Assembly: GCA_050015075.1 (NCBI GenBank)
Contig: JBEKCB010000004.1
Span: 154,476-218,475 of the forward strand
Length of the DNA: 64,000 nucleotides
Direction: 5' to 3'
DNA from: Candidatus Brocadiia bacterium
GTDB lineage: Bacteria > Planctomycetota > Brocadiia > CAIUPP01
Part shown: positions 1 to 9,536 of the stretch, one piece after another
Layout of the letters: every line of letters begins with the position of its first letter
Numbering within the stretch: position 1 is the stretch's first letter
The notes under the pieces: model-generated
Told to the model about the DNA's origin: nothing
The model's database searches: none
What the model saw: the letters and a program-made list of their open reading frames with translations, nothing else
Translations under genes and position numbers: made by a program

Positions 1-447
1 GTTGACGAACGAGATCGCGGACGCGCCGATGATCTCGCGGCAGACGTTCACGCAGAGCCCGCAGAGGATGCAGTCGCGCTGCGATTGCGTCACCGTCGGC
101 AGCCGCCCGGCCTTGACGCCGAGCAGCTTCGCCATTTCCTTCAGCGGCTCCGATTCCGGCGCGCGCGCCAGGAGCAGTTCCATCACGCCGCGGCGCGCCT
201 TGACGACTTTGTCGCTCGTGGTCGAGACGACCAGCCCGTCGCGGACGTTGTAGCAGCAGGAGGTGACGATGCGCGTCCGGCTGCCCTGCTTGACCTCGAC
301 CAGGCAGAGCCGGCACGCGCCGTACGAAGCCACCGCCGGATGGTAGCAGAGCGCAGGGACGAAAATCCCCGCCGCGCGCGCCGCGTCGAGCACCGTCGCG
401 CCGTCGCGAATCTCAACCGTCTTGCCGTCAATCGTCAGTTTCGCCAC
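1..447 (-). CDS. 2Fe-2S/4Fe-4S subunit (NuoG/HoxU/HydA N-terminal-like), runs off the window start
   Basis: Manual translation from GTG at 447: MAKLTIDGKTVEIRDGATVLDAARAAGIFVPALCYHP...YGACRLCLVEV...TSCCY...CILCGLCVNVC; directly downstream of the NuoF-like gene. Confidence 0.85.
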   Translation of the reverse strand, partial: MAKLTIDGKTVEIRDGATVLDAARAAGIFVPALCYHPAVASYGACRLCLVEVKQGSRTRIVTSCCYNVRDGLVVSTTSDKVVKARRGVMELLLARAPESEPLKEMAKLLGVKAGRLPTVTQSQRDCILCGLCVNVCREIIGASAISFVN

Positions 448-459
448 AGCCTCACCTTC

Positions 460-617
460 ACCACCAAGGCACCAAGGCACAAAGACATGACGACTTCCAC
501 GACGGAATACACGGAGCACACCGAATGAATTTCCTAAACAGCTTCAGTGTCTTCCGTGTGTTCCGTGGTTGCAATATCAGCTGACGTTCTTGGTGCCCTC
601 GTGCCTTGGTGGTAAAA
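460..617. repeat. Nested palindromic intergenic element
   Basis: Outer arms CACCACCAAGGCACCAAGGCACAAAG / CTTGGTGCCCTCGTGCCTTGGTGGT enclose inner arms ACGGAATACACGGAGCACACCGAA / TTCAGTGTCTTCCGTGTGTTCCGT. Confidence 0.8.
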
Positions 618-618
618 A

Positions 619-2490
619 CTAGACTTTCGCCACCGCCGAGAACGGGCAGACCTCGTAACATTTCCCGCACCGGGTGCACTTTGCGGCTTCGATGACGTGC
701 GCCTGCTTGCGCTCGCCGGTGATGATCTTCTCGGGGCATTCCTTCTTGCACAGGCCGCAGCCTTTGCATTTCTCGGCGACGATCTGGAACTTGAACAGCC
801 CGCGGCACTCGTGCGCCGGGCAGTGGCGCTCGAGGATGTGCTCGTCGTATTCCTTGCGGAAATAATGGATGGTGCTGCGGATCGGGTTGCAGGCGGTATT
901 GCCGAGCCCGCAGAGCGCGGCGACTTCGAGGATATCGCAGAGTTCCAGCAGCAGCTCCACGTCGCCCGGCTGGCCTTTGCCCGCGCAGATGCGCTCGAGG
1001 ACGTGCAGCGCCTGGGCGACGCCTTCGCGGCAGGCGGTGCATTTCCCGCAGGACTCCTTGACGAGGAAGTCCAGGAAGTACCGCGCCACGCCGACCATGC
1101 AGGTGTCCTCGTCCATGACGATGAGGCCGCCGGAGCCCATCATCGAGCCGAGCTTCGTCAGCGCGTCGAAATCCACCGGCGTATCCAGCAGGCTCTCCGG
1201 GATGCATCCGCCGGACGGGCCGCCGGTCTGCACGGCCTTCAGCTTCCGCCCGCCGGGCACGCCGCCGCCGATGTCGCAGACGATCTCGCGCAGGCTCATG
1301 CCCATCGGCACCTCGACGAGGCCGGTGTTCGTGATCTTGCCGACGAGCGAGAAAACTTTGGTGCCCTTGCTGCCTTCGGTGCCGACGGAGGCGAACGCCT
1401 TCGCGCCGTTCGTGATGATGTACGGCACGTTCGCCCAGGTCTCGACGTTATTGAGCGTGGTCGGCTTGCCGTGGAGACCGACCTCGACGGTGTGGACGTA
1501 CTTCGCGCGCGGCTCGCCGACCTTGCCCTCGAGCGAGGCCATCAGCGCGGTGGATTCGCCGCACACGAACGCGCCGCCGCCGCGGTTGATGCGGATGTCG
1601 AAGGAGAATCCCGAGCCGAGGATGTCCTCGCCGAGCAGCCCGTACCGGTGCGCGTCCTCGATCGCCTGGCGCAGCCGGACGACCGCCAGCGGGTATTCGT
1701 TGCGGACGTAGATGAAGCCCTGGTGCGAGCCGATGGCGAACGCGCCGATGATCATCCCCTCGATCACCGAGTGCGGCACGTCCTCCATGACCGAGCGGTC
1801 CATGAACGCGCCCGGGTCGCCTTCGTCGCCGTTGCAGATGACGTAGCGGACGTCGCCGTGCGCGTCGCGGCAGGTGCGCCACTTGCGGCCGGTCGGGAAC
1901 CCGCCGCCACCGCGGCCGCGCAGGCCGGAAAGCTCGACTTCCTTGATGATCTGCTCGGGCGTCATCTCGGTCAGCGCCTTGGCGAGCGCGGCGTAACCGC
2001 CCATGGCGATGTAATCGTCAATGCTCGTCGGGTCAATGAACCCGTTGTAGCGCAGGACGAAGCGCGTCTGCCTGCGGTAGAAGGGAATCTCCTGGCTGGT
2101 GGCGACGCTCTTTCCGGTGTCCGGGTCCGCGTAGAGCAGCCGGGCGACGGCGCGCCCGCCGAGGATCGTCTCGCGCACGATCTCGGGCACGTCGGCCTCC
2201 TGAACGTTGCAATAGAGGATATTGCCGGGATGCACGATGAGGATCGGCCCGATCTCGCAGAAACCGTGGCAGCCGATGCGCTTGAGCTGCACGTCTTTGC
2301 CGCCGGCACGGACCTCCTCGACCGCCCCTTGCAAGGCCGCGAAGAGTCTGCCGGAACCTTTGACCTCGCATCCACCGCCCCGGCAGAGCGAAATCACCGT
2401 GCCGGTCGGCTTGCCGCGCGCGGCGGCCTCTTCGCGAAGGCGCGCCAGGTCGGCGGGCGAATTCAGCAGCCGTTCCGTCGCGACGATCAT
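619..2490 (-). CDS. NADH-binding flavoprotein, NuoF/HydB/HoxF-like, with N-terminal thioredoxin-like 2Fe-2S and C-terminal 2x[4Fe-4S]
   Basis: GLRGRGGGGFPTG, CNGDEGDPGAFMDR, AFVCGESTAL, ESCGKCTACREG, and two C-terminal CxxCxxCxxxCP motifs. Confidence 0.95.
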   Translation of the reverse strand: MIVATERLLNSPADLARLREEAAARGKPTGTVISLCRGGGCEVKGSGRLFAALQGAVEEVRAGGKDVQLKRIGCHGFCEIGPILIVHPGNILYCNVQEADVPEIVRETILGGRAVARLLYADPDTGKSVATSQEIPFYRRQTRFVLRYNGFIDPTSIDDYIAMGGYAALAKALTEMTPEQIIKEVELSGLRGRGGGGFPTGRKWRTCRDAHGDVRYVICNGDEGDPGAFMDRSVMEDVPHSVIEGMIIGAFAIGSHQGFIYVRNEYPLAVVRLRQAIEDAHRYGLLGEDILGSGFSFDIRINRGGGAFVCGESTALMASLEGKVGEPRAKYVHTVEVGLHGKPTTLNNVETWANVPYIITNGAKAFASVGTEGSKGTKVFSLVGKITNTGLVEVPMGMSLREIVCDIGGGVPGGRKLKAVQTGGPSGGCIPESLLDTPVDFDALTKLGSMMGSGGLIVMDEDTCMVGVARYFLDFLVKESCGKCTACREGVAQALHVLERICAGKGQPGDVELLLELCDILEVAALCGLGNTACNPIRSTIHYFRKEYDEHILERHCPAHECRGLFKFQIVAEKCKGCGLCKKECPEKIITGERKQAHVIEAAKCTRCGKCYEVCPFSAVAKV

Positions 2491-2978
2491 GGCTTCTCCT
2501 TCGCGCCGTACTCGGCAAGGATCTCCGGCACCTGCGCGGGCGTCACCTTGCCGTAGTACTTCTCGTCAATCATCAGCACCGGCGCCAGCGCGCAGGCGCC
2601 GAGGCAGTTCACCGGCTGGTACGTGAACAGCCGGTCCTCCGTCGTGCCGCCCGGCTCGATCTTGAGCCGGCCCTGGATCGCTTCGGCCACCGCCTTCGCG
2701 CCCTTGAGGTAGCAGACGGTGCCGACGCAGAGCGTGATGAGGTGCTTGCCGCGCGGCGTCAGCGAGAAGGTCGTATAGAACGTGGCGACGGAGTAGATGC
2801 GGCTGAGCGGCACGTCGAGGACTTCCGCCAGCCGCTTCATCGCCTCCGGCGGCACGTGCTCGTTCTCGGACTGGAGGTCCTGCAGCATCGGGATGAGGAA
2901 GTCCGGGTCGCGCCCGTAACGCGCGACCACGGCATCCGCAGCGGCGCGGTAGTCGGGCTTTGCAGTCTTCGTCGGCAT
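2487..2978 (-). CDS. NuoE/HydC-like 2Fe-2S subunit
   Basis: SVATFY, CVGTVCYLKGA, NCLGACALAP; 4-bp overlap with the NuoF-like gene. Confidence 0.95.
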   Translation of the reverse strand: MPTKTAKPDYRAAADAVVARYGRDPDFLIPMLQDLQSENEHVPPEAMKRLAEVLDVPLSRIYSVATFYTTFSLTPRGKHLITLCVGTVCYLKGAKAVAEAIQGRLKIEPGGTTEDRLFTYQPVNCLGACALAPVLMIDEKYYGKVTPAQVPEILAEYGAKEKP

Positions 2979-3010
2979 GGTTGCTTACTCAAAACGACGG
3001 CAGGGCCGGA

Positions 3011-3511
3011 TTATTTGCCGCGCAGAGCCGCGGCGGCTCGGCGTCGGGCTTCGAGGACCACGTCGTCCAGTTCCTTGAACTCCATCGCATGGGTCGGGCA
3101 CGCGGCGACGCACGCCGGTTCCAGGCCGCGCGCCAACCGGTCGGCGCAGTTGTCGCACTTGATCACCGTCTTCCCGTCGGCGGTCTGGCGGACCATCCCG
3201 AACGGGCAGGCGACGATGCAGGACTTGCAGCCGATGCAGCGCTCGCGCGCCAGAAGGATCGGGCCTTCCTCGGTCTCGCGATAGATGGCGCCGCTGGGGC
3301 AAACCGCCAGGCAGGGCGCGTCCTCGCACTGATGGCAGACGAGCGGCACCGCCTCGGACTCGACCGCCAGCACGCCGCAGCCGGCCTGGGAGAAATTCAC
3401 GGCGTTCAGGGGCGCATTCGCAGCCGCGCCCGCGCGCCGGTAAGAGCACTCCACCACGCACGAAAGGCACGCGTAGCACTTCTTCGAATCCACGACAATC
3501 GCCTTGCGCAT
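3011..3511 (-). CDS. 4Fe-4S dicluster protein (CooF/HydN/DmsB-like)
   Basis: CYACLSCVVEC, CHQCEDAPCLAVCP, CIGCKSCIVACP, KCDNC...PACVAACP; GGAGG RBS before ATG at 3511. Confidence 0.9.
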   Translation of the reverse strand: MRKAIVVDSKKCYACLSCVVECSYRRAGAAANAPLNAVNFSQAGCGVLAVESEAVPLVCHQCEDAPCLAVCPSGAIYRETEEGPILLARERCIGCKSCIVACPFGMVRQTADGKTVIKCDNCADRLARGLEPACVAACPTHAMEFKELDDVVLEARRRAAAALRGK

Positions 3512-3630
3512 CCGCCGCAACCTCCGCCAGGGAACGTAGTTTTTCCGCCATGCGCCGCTCTATCCAGCTTACACCCGCACGGAAAAACTGTCAAGCGAGG
3601 GTCGGAAGCCGCAATGCGTTCAGAAACAGC

Positions 3631-3659
3631 TTGACCTCACCGCCGGCCGCCGATATCCT
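3631..3659 (+). promoter_or_regulatory. Putative sigma70 promoter
   Basis: TTGACC-17 bp-TATCCT upstream of ORF 3723. Confidence 0.45.
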
Positions 3660-3722
3660 TCAGGCACAGGCGACTTTGGGCCGCTCGGCTAACGAGAATT
3701 CGTCCGGAATAAAGAATTCGAC

Positions 3723-4856
3723 ATGAAACGCAACTTGATACTGCTTCTCGCCCTGCTCGGTGTCATTGCTTTCCCTCAGTACGCCTGGGCGGATGCCGGG
3801 ACGCCGCTGATGTGGGCCGGGATGCTTCATTTGGTTTTCGGGAATGCGCTGATCGGAGTGGCAGAAGGGTTGCTGCTCGGCTGGCTGTTCGCCGTCCCGC
3901 AACGCAAGGGCCTTCCGGCCATGATCCTTGCGAACTACACCTCCGCGTGGCTCGGCGGCTTGGTCATCGGCGGCGCGATTGCACGATCAGTGCCGATGGA
4001 CCTGAACAATGGGTGGACATGGTTCTGGATCATGGTCGTCGTCACATTCTGCATCACCCTGGTGCTGGAGTGGCCGTTCTTCGCATGGTGCTTCCGTGGC
4101 ACGCAGGATTGGCTGAAACGCAGCGTGCGGGCCACTCTCCTCCTGGTGAGCGCATCCTATATCGTTCTGTTCGGCTGGTATTGGATGGCCAGCGGCACTT
4201 CTCTTTACACCACAATGCATATCGTCGCACCGGCCAATATTTCGCTTCCGGAGCAGGTGGTTGTCTATTACATCGCTCCGGCTGACGGCAATGTTTACAG
4301 GCGGCAGTTGGCAGGCGGAGGCGAGCAAAAGGTAAATGATCTGCACTCGACGGACGAGAACGACCGATTGTTCGTTCGGCCGAGTGCAGCGGACAAGAAC
4401 CGCTGGGACCTGGTGGCACGCCTTCAACCGAAGGGGTATCCCGATCACCGCTTCGTAGACGTGCTGACGAATTTGCCGCTTGAGGCGGCGCCAGACTGGC
4501 GCAGCACTGGGATCAAGTCTCCTGAAGATGAGGATACATGGTTTAACTTCGGGAAGGTGCCGAGCCTTGGGAGCGCGACGAGCAGCCAATGGGAGTTCAC
4601 GACCGGCTTTTGGCCAATGGCGGGGCTTCACGCCTTAAATAAGGCGACCGGCGAGGAAGAACGGTTCTCTTACGAGACTCTTTTTGGCGCCTGGATGATC
4701 CGAAACGCGGTTAACCTGCCCTCAGACAAGGTCTTGTTTCAGTTGGGCGCTGACCAGATTTGCGCGTTTGATCCTGTGACTCGACGAGTCGCTTTGCTTT
4801 GGCACGGAAGAGGTCCGGTGCCGGTCATCCCCATGGCCAATGTCCTCGCGCAATGA
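3723..4856 (+). CDS. Hypothetical membrane protein (signal peptide, several TM helices, C-terminal soluble domain)
   Basis: 377 aa ORF; N-terminal signal ending AWA/DAG; hydrophobic segments; lower GC than its neighbours. Confidence 0.7.
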   Translation: MKRNLILLLALLGVIAFPQYAWADAGTPLMWAGMLHLVFGNALIGVAEGLLLGWLFAVPQRKGLPAMILANYTSAWLGGLVIGGAIARSVPMDLNNGWTWFWIMVVVTFCITLVLEWPFFAWCFRGTQDWLKRSVRATLLLVSASYIVLFGWYWMASGTSLYTTMHIVAPANISLPEQVVVYYIAPADGNVYRRQLAGGGEQKVNDLHSTDENDRLFVRPSAADKNRWDLVARLQPKGYPDHRFVDVLTNLPLEAAPDWRSTGIKSPEDEDTWFNFGKVPSLGSATSSQWEFTTGFWPMAGLHALNKATGEEERFSYETLFGAWMIRNAVNLPSDKVLFQLGADQICAFDPVTRRVALLWHGRGPVPVIPMANVLAQ

Positions 4857-5019
4857 TCAGATCGTTCAGGCCCTCGCCAGCTTGTCCTAAGTCTGCCCGA
4901 CCCAAGACCGCTTGCGCGATGAAAGGCAGCGGGCTAATATGACCGCAGAGGATTCGATGCGGCTTTGGCTTGCTGCGCCGGGGGTTGGCTGCGGCTCGCG
5001 GTTGAGAGGTGATGTCCAA

Positions 5020-5994
5020 ATGAAAGACACCCGCCCGGAAGGCAATTCTGCACGCGACGCGCAGGCGACGCCGCACGTGTTCGGGCCGGTGCCCTCGCGC
5101 CGCCTGGGGCGGTCGCTCGGCGTGGACTTGACGCCGCGCAAGGTCTGCTCCTTCGATTGCATCTACTGCCAGGTCGGCCGCACAACGCGCAAGACCACCG
5201 AGCGCGAGCAGTTCGTGGCCGCCGCCGATATCGTCGCCGAGGTCCGCCAGAAATTGAAGACAGTTCCCCGGCCGGATTTCATCACCCTCTCCGGCTCCGG
5301 CGAGCCGACGCTGCACGCCGGCATCGGCCAGATCATTGACGGCGTCAAGCAGATCACGGACGTGCCGGTGGCGGTGATGACGAACGGCTCGCTCTTCTAC
5401 GACCCGGAAGTGCGCCGGGCCTGCCTGCACGCGGACCTCATTCTGCCGACCCTGGACGCCGGCGATGAGGAGACGTTCCAGGCGATCAACCGCCCGGCGG
5501 CGGGGCTGACGCTGGCGCGCGTCGTGGAGGGACTCGAGGCGCTCCGGCGGGAGTACCGCGGACAGATCTGGCTCGAGGTGTTCCTGGTCGAAGGCGTCAA
5601 CTCGAGCCCGGAACAGGTGAGGAAAATCGGCGCGATCGCGGAGCGGATCCAGCCGGACCGCATACAGCTCAACACCGCCGTACGCCCGACCGCCGAGCCG
5701 GACGTGAAAGCGCTCTCGGAGGCCGCCCTGGCGGAGCTGGCGAAACTGCTCGGCCCGAAGGCGGAGGTCATTGCGGATTTCCGCCGTCCGCAGGAAGCGG
5801 CTGCGTTCGAGTCGCGCGGCGCGGAAGTGCTCGACATGATCCGGCGCAGGCCGGTGACGATCGCGGACATCGCCGCCGGGCTCGGAATTCCGCCGGAGGC
5901 CGCCGCGGCGCGCGTCCGGGAACTGCTCAACGAGAAACTGATCACGCGCGAGCGCAGGGGCGGGAAAGAGTTCTATCGCGCGACGGCCCCCTGA
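5020..5994 (+). CDS. Radical SAM protein (FGPVPSRRLGRSLG family) with C-terminal HTH-like tail
   Basis: CSFDCIYCQ motif, SGSGEPTL; GAGAGGTG RBS before ATG at 5020. Confidence 0.9.
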   Translation: MKDTRPEGNSARDAQATPHVFGPVPSRRLGRSLGVDLTPRKVCSFDCIYCQVGRTTRKTTEREQFVAAADIVAEVRQKLKTVPRPDFITLSGSGEPTLHAGIGQIIDGVKQITDVPVAVMTNGSLFYDPEVRRACLHADLILPTLDAGDEETFQAINRPAAGLTLARVVEGLEALRREYRGQIWLEVFLVEGVNSSPEQVRKIGAIAERIQPDRIQLNTAVRPTAEPDVKALSEAALAELAKLLGPKAEVIADFRRPQEAAAFESRGAEVLDMIRRRPVTIADIAAGLGIPPEAAAARVRELLNEKLITRERRGGKEFYRATAP

Positions 5995-6001
5995 GCGGTC
6001 G

Positions 6002-6060
6002 GCTTGTAGTGGCGCCGTCAGGCGCTACTCCGTATGCCCTGACGGGCACACTACGAGCGG
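6002..6060 (+). repeat. GTAG-type REP doublet (REPIN-like), copy 1
   Basis: GTAGTGGCGCCGTCAGGCGCTA...TATGCCCTGACGGGCACACTAC: two inverted hairpin units; other copies at 9359-9417 and 48051-48107. Confidence 0.85.
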
Positions 6061-6089
6061 CTCGCCGGAAAAAGTCCACTCCGCCCGCT

Positions 6090-6119
6090 TTGACTCCGCG
6101 CGACGAGGGGGCCTATAAT
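6090..6119 (+). promoter_or_regulatory. Putative sigma70 promoter of the glycoside hydrolase gene
   Basis: TTGACT-18 bp-TATAAT; AAAGGAG RBS before ATG at 6180. Confidence 0.6.
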
Positions 6120-6179
6120 CCCGAATCTTTTCAATGTTGCCCATATCAACAATGTGCACACGACGAAAAGGAGCCTTAA

Positions 6180-9100
6180 ATGAGCGACGCGATCGCGCGC
6201 GAATTCGCCTTTCCCGGCGCGGCCTGGCGCGGCAAGCCGTTCTGGGGCTGGAACGGGAAGCTTGAGCCGGAGGAGTTGCGCCGGCAGATCCGCGTGATGC
6301 GCAGGATGGGCATGGGCGGCTTCTTCATGCACGCGCGCGTTGGGCTGGCTACGCCGTACCTGTCGCAGCGCTGGTTCGAGTGCGTCAACGCCTGCGTGGA
6401 CGAGGCGAAAAAACTGAAGATGGAAGCCTGGCTCTACGACGAAGACCGCTGGCCCTCCGGCGCGGCGGGCGGACTGGTGACGAAGAATCCCGGCTGGCGC
6501 CAGAGGATGCTGCGCGTCGTCGAGAGCGACGATCCGGCGAAGTTCCGGTGGACGCCCGGCACGCTCGCGGCGTTTACCGCCATCGTGAAGGAGCATGCGG
6601 CGTTCTCAGTGCGGCCGATCCCGAAAGGCAACCGGCCGCCGCGGTTGGCGAAGGGAGAGAAGATCATCGCCTTCCAGGTGGAGACCGCCGAGCCGAACAG
6701 TTGGTACAACGGGTACACCTATATTGACGTGCTCAACCCCGGTGCGGTGCGCGAGTTCATCCGCGTGACGCACGAGGCCTATCGCCGCAAGTGCGGCCGT
6801 GCGTTCGGCAAGCTCATCCCCGGCGTCTTCAGCGACGAGCCCAACGGCGGTGACTGCTTCGTCGAATCCATTCTTACCGAAACCGGCGCGGGCGGCACGC
6901 TTCCCTGGACCGGCGCGCTGCCGAAAGTCTTCCGGGAGCGCTACGGATATGACCTGCTGCCTCACCTGCCGGAACTCGCCTATGACCTCGAAGGCCAGGG
7001 CGTCCGGCCCGCGCGCTACCACTTCCACGACTGCCTCAACCATCTCTTCGTGACCGCGTACTCGAAGCAGATCGGCGAATGGTGCGACCGCAACGGGCTG
7101 CTCTACACCGGCCACGTCCTCGAAGAGGACAGCCTCTCGAAGCAGGTCGCGACCACGTCGGCGTGCATGAGGTTCTACGAATACATGCAGGCGCCGGGGC
7201 TGGACATGCTGACCGAGCGCCGGCGCATCTACGACACGGCCAAGCAAGTCAGTTCCGCCGCGCGGCAGTTCGGCCGCAAGTGGCGCCTGACCGAGACCTA
7301 CGGCTGCAGCGGATGGGATTTCGCCTTCGCCGGGCACAAGGCGCTCGGCGACTGGCAGGTGGCCCTCGGGATCAACCTGCGATGCCCGCATCTCTATTGG
7401 TACACGATGCAGGGCGAGGCCAAGCGCGACTTCCCCGGCCCCATCGGCGAGCAGTCGCCCTGGTGGGTGCATTACGGGAAGGTGGAAGATTACTTCGCGC
7501 GCCTGCACGCGGCGCTCACGCCGGGCGAGGAGGTGCGCGACATCCTCGTGGTCCATCCGGTCGAGAGCATGTGGCTCCAGGTGCGGAAGAACTGGCGGCA
7601 GGCGCCGGCGCCGCGCCGGATGGACAGCGAGTTCGGCAAGCTGCGCGACGCGCTCCTCTCGGCTCATCTCGATTTCGATTACGGCGACGAGGAACTTCTC
7701 TCGCGCCACGCCCGCATCCTCCGCGCAGGCGGGACGCGCCCGGTTGCGCTCCGGGTCGGCCGGGCCACTTATAAAGCCGTGGTCGTGCCGCCGATGACCA
7801 CGATGCGCCGGACGACGCTCAGCCTGCTGGAACGTTTCCGGGAAGCCGGCGGAACGGTGGTCTTTGCCGGCCGGCCTGCGGCATACGTGGAAGCCGTGCG
7901 CGATCCGGGCCCGGCAGCGCTGGCGCGGCGATGCATGCGGACTCCCGCCCGCGGGCCGAAACTCGCCGCCGCGCTCGACCCGCTCTGCCGGCGCGTATCC
8001 ATCGCCGACGCCGCCGGGAAGGAGATCGCCGGCGTCCTCTACCTCCTGCGGGAAGACCGCGACGCATTCCGCCTGTTCATCTGCAACACCGGCTACACCG
8101 CCGCGCAGTTCCGCAGCCTGGGTTTCAACGAGGACAAAATGGTCCGCGACCGCCGCGCGGTCTGGCCGGCGGTCAAGGTTCGCGGCTTCGCCGAGTGCGC
8201 CGGCGCGCCGCAGGAATGGGTCGCGGCCACGGGCCGCCGCTTCGCCGCGAACGCGGCACGGACGAAAGGCGGCGCATGGGAAATCGCCACCGATCTGCCC
8301 GCACTGGGCAGCCGGCTGTTCGTCTTCCCCAAAGGAAAAACGCGCGAATCGCTCCCGACACGGCCGGTTTCAACCACCGTGCGCAGCCTGCCGGTCGCGG
8401 CCCGGCCGTGGGAGATCGCGCTCTCGGAGAGAAACGTCCTCCTGCTCGACCGGGCGCAATACCGCATCAAAGGCAGGAACGGGAAGGGCGAAGAGGAAAT
8501 CCTTCGCCTCGACCGGCGCGCCCGCCAGGCGCTGGGCGTTCCCCCGCGCGGCGGCATGATGGTCCAGCCCTGGGCGCGCAAGCAGCAGAAAAGGAAAAAG
8601 TCCGTCCCGGTCGGCCTGGAGTACCGCTTCCACGTGGAGGCGCTCCCGCAGGGCGAACTTCTCCTGGCGATCGAAACGCCGGAACGTTTCAGCATCGAGA
8701 TCAACGGGCGCCCGGTCTCCTCGGACGCGGCGCGCGGCTGGTGGGTGGACCCCTCGTTGAAACTGCTCGCGCTCGACCCCGCGTGGCTGCGCCTCGGCGA
8801 AAACCGGCTCCACCTGGATATCGCGTACACCGAGGACGACGGGCTGGAGATCGTCTACCTCCTGGGCGACTTCGGCGTCACGCTGACTGGCGGCCAGGCG
8901 CGGATCGTCGCCGCCCCGGCGCAGTTGAAGATGGGCGACTGGACCGTGCAGGGACTGCCTTTTTACGCCGGCTCGGTCTGCTACCGGCGCGACGTCGTCA
9001 CGCCGCGGCTGGCGAAGGGCGAGCGGCTTTTCGTGCGCGTGCCGAGCTATCGCGGCGTTGCAGTCCGCGTGCTCGTCAACGGGAGGCGAGCCGGTTTCAT

Positions 9101-9368
9101 CGGATGGGAACCGTCTGAGGCGGACATCACCGACCTCATCGAGGGCGATGCCTTCGAGCTGGGCATCGAACTCCTCGGCCACCGCCGCAACTCCCACGGA
9201 CCGCTCCACTTCGCCGAAAAGTGGCCGGTGATGGGCGCACGGCCGTGGCAGTTCGTCACCCAGGGCAAGGACTGGTGCGACGACTGGAACCTGGTCCCCT
9301 GCGGGCTGATGGAAAGCCCGCGGCTGGAAATCCGGCGGCTCTCGAACCCGCCTCGGCGCCGCTCGTAG
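6180..9368 (+). CDS. Glycoside hydrolase, GH106 (alpha-L-rhamnosidase-like) family
   Basis: PFWGWNG, GMGGFFMHAR, WLYDEDRWPSGAAGG, FSDEP, ETYGCSGW, LGINLRCPHL motifs; 1062 aa. Confidence 0.8.
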   Translation: MSDAIAREFAFPGAAWRGKPFWGWNGKLEPEELRRQIRVMRRMGMGGFFMHARVGLATPYLSQRWFECVNACVDEAKKLKMEAWLYDEDRWPSGAAGGLVTKNPGWRQRMLRVVESDDPAKFRWTPGTLAAFTAIVKEHAAFSVRPIPKGNRPPRLAKGEKIIAFQVETAEPNSWYNGYTYIDVLNPGAVREFIRVTHEAYRRKCGRAFGKLIPGVFSDEPNGGDCFVESILTETGAGGTLPWTGALPKVFRERYGYDLLPHLPELAYDLEGQGVRPARYHFHDCLNHLFVTAYSKQIGEWCDRNGLLYTGHVLEEDSLSKQVATTSACMRFYEYMQAPGLDMLTERRRIYDTAKQVSSAARQFGRKWRLTETYGCSGWDFAFAGHKALGDWQVALGINLRCPHLYWYTMQGEAKRDFPGPIGEQSPWWVHYGKVEDYFARLHAALTPGEEVRDILVVHPVESMWLQVRKNWRQAPAPRRMDSEFGKLRDALLSAHLDFDYGDEELLSRHARILRAGGTRPVALRVGRATYKAVVVPPMTTMRRTTLSLLERFREAGGTVVFAGRPAAYVEAVRDPGPAALARRCMRTPARGPKLAAALDPLCRRVSIADAAGKEIAGVLYLLREDRDAFRLFICNTGYTAAQFRSLGFNEDKMVRDRRAVWPAVKVRGFAECAGAPQEWVAATGRRFAANAARTKGGAWEIATDLPALGSRLFVFPKGKTRESLPTRPVSTTVRSLPVAARPWEIALSERNVLLLDRAQYRIKGRNGKGEEEILRLDRRARQALGVPPRGGMMVQPWARKQQKRKKSVPVGLEYRFHVEALPQGELLLAIETPERFSIEINGRPVSSDAARGWWVDPSLKLLALDPAWLRLGENRLHLDIAYTEDDGLEIVYLLGDFGVTLTGGQARIVAAPAQLKMGDWTVQGLPFYAGSVCYRRDVVTPRLAKGERLFVRVPSYRGVAVRVLVNGRRAGFIGWEPSEADITDLIEGDAFELGIELLGHRRNSHGPLHFAEKWPVMGARPWQFVTQGKDWCDDWNLVPCGLMESPRLEIRRLSNPPRRRS

Positions 9369-9417
9369 TGTGCCCGTAAGGGCATACGAAGCAGCGCCTG
9401 ACGGCGCCACTACAAGC
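9359..9417 (-). repeat. GTAG-type REP doublet, copy 2 (inverted relative to copy 1)
   Basis: Reverse complement matches 6002-6060 with 3 mismatches in 59 nt; contains the GH106 stop codon. Confidence 0.85.
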
Positions 9418-9489
9418 AACTGCAAAACAGCGGTTTCGATTACGAGCACATTAGCCGCGCCAACGGCTGCGCGGCTGGTGCATCAATAG

Positions 9490-9517
9490 AAAATGCGCGC
9501 CCGGCGCGCATTTTTTT
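9490..9517. terminator. Probable bidirectional intrinsic terminator
   Basis: AAAATGCGCGC-CCG-GCGCGCATTTTTTT between convergent genes. Confidence 0.7.
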
Positions 9518-9536
9518 AGGAGATATTCAGACCCGA

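Noticed and set aside
697-2556. Long antisense and alternate-frame ORFs (also 10380-11897, 33021-34847, 48042-50504, 57053-59287, 62075-63922)
   Set aside because: Shadow ORFs expected in high-GC DNA, opposite well-supported genes and lacking motifs.
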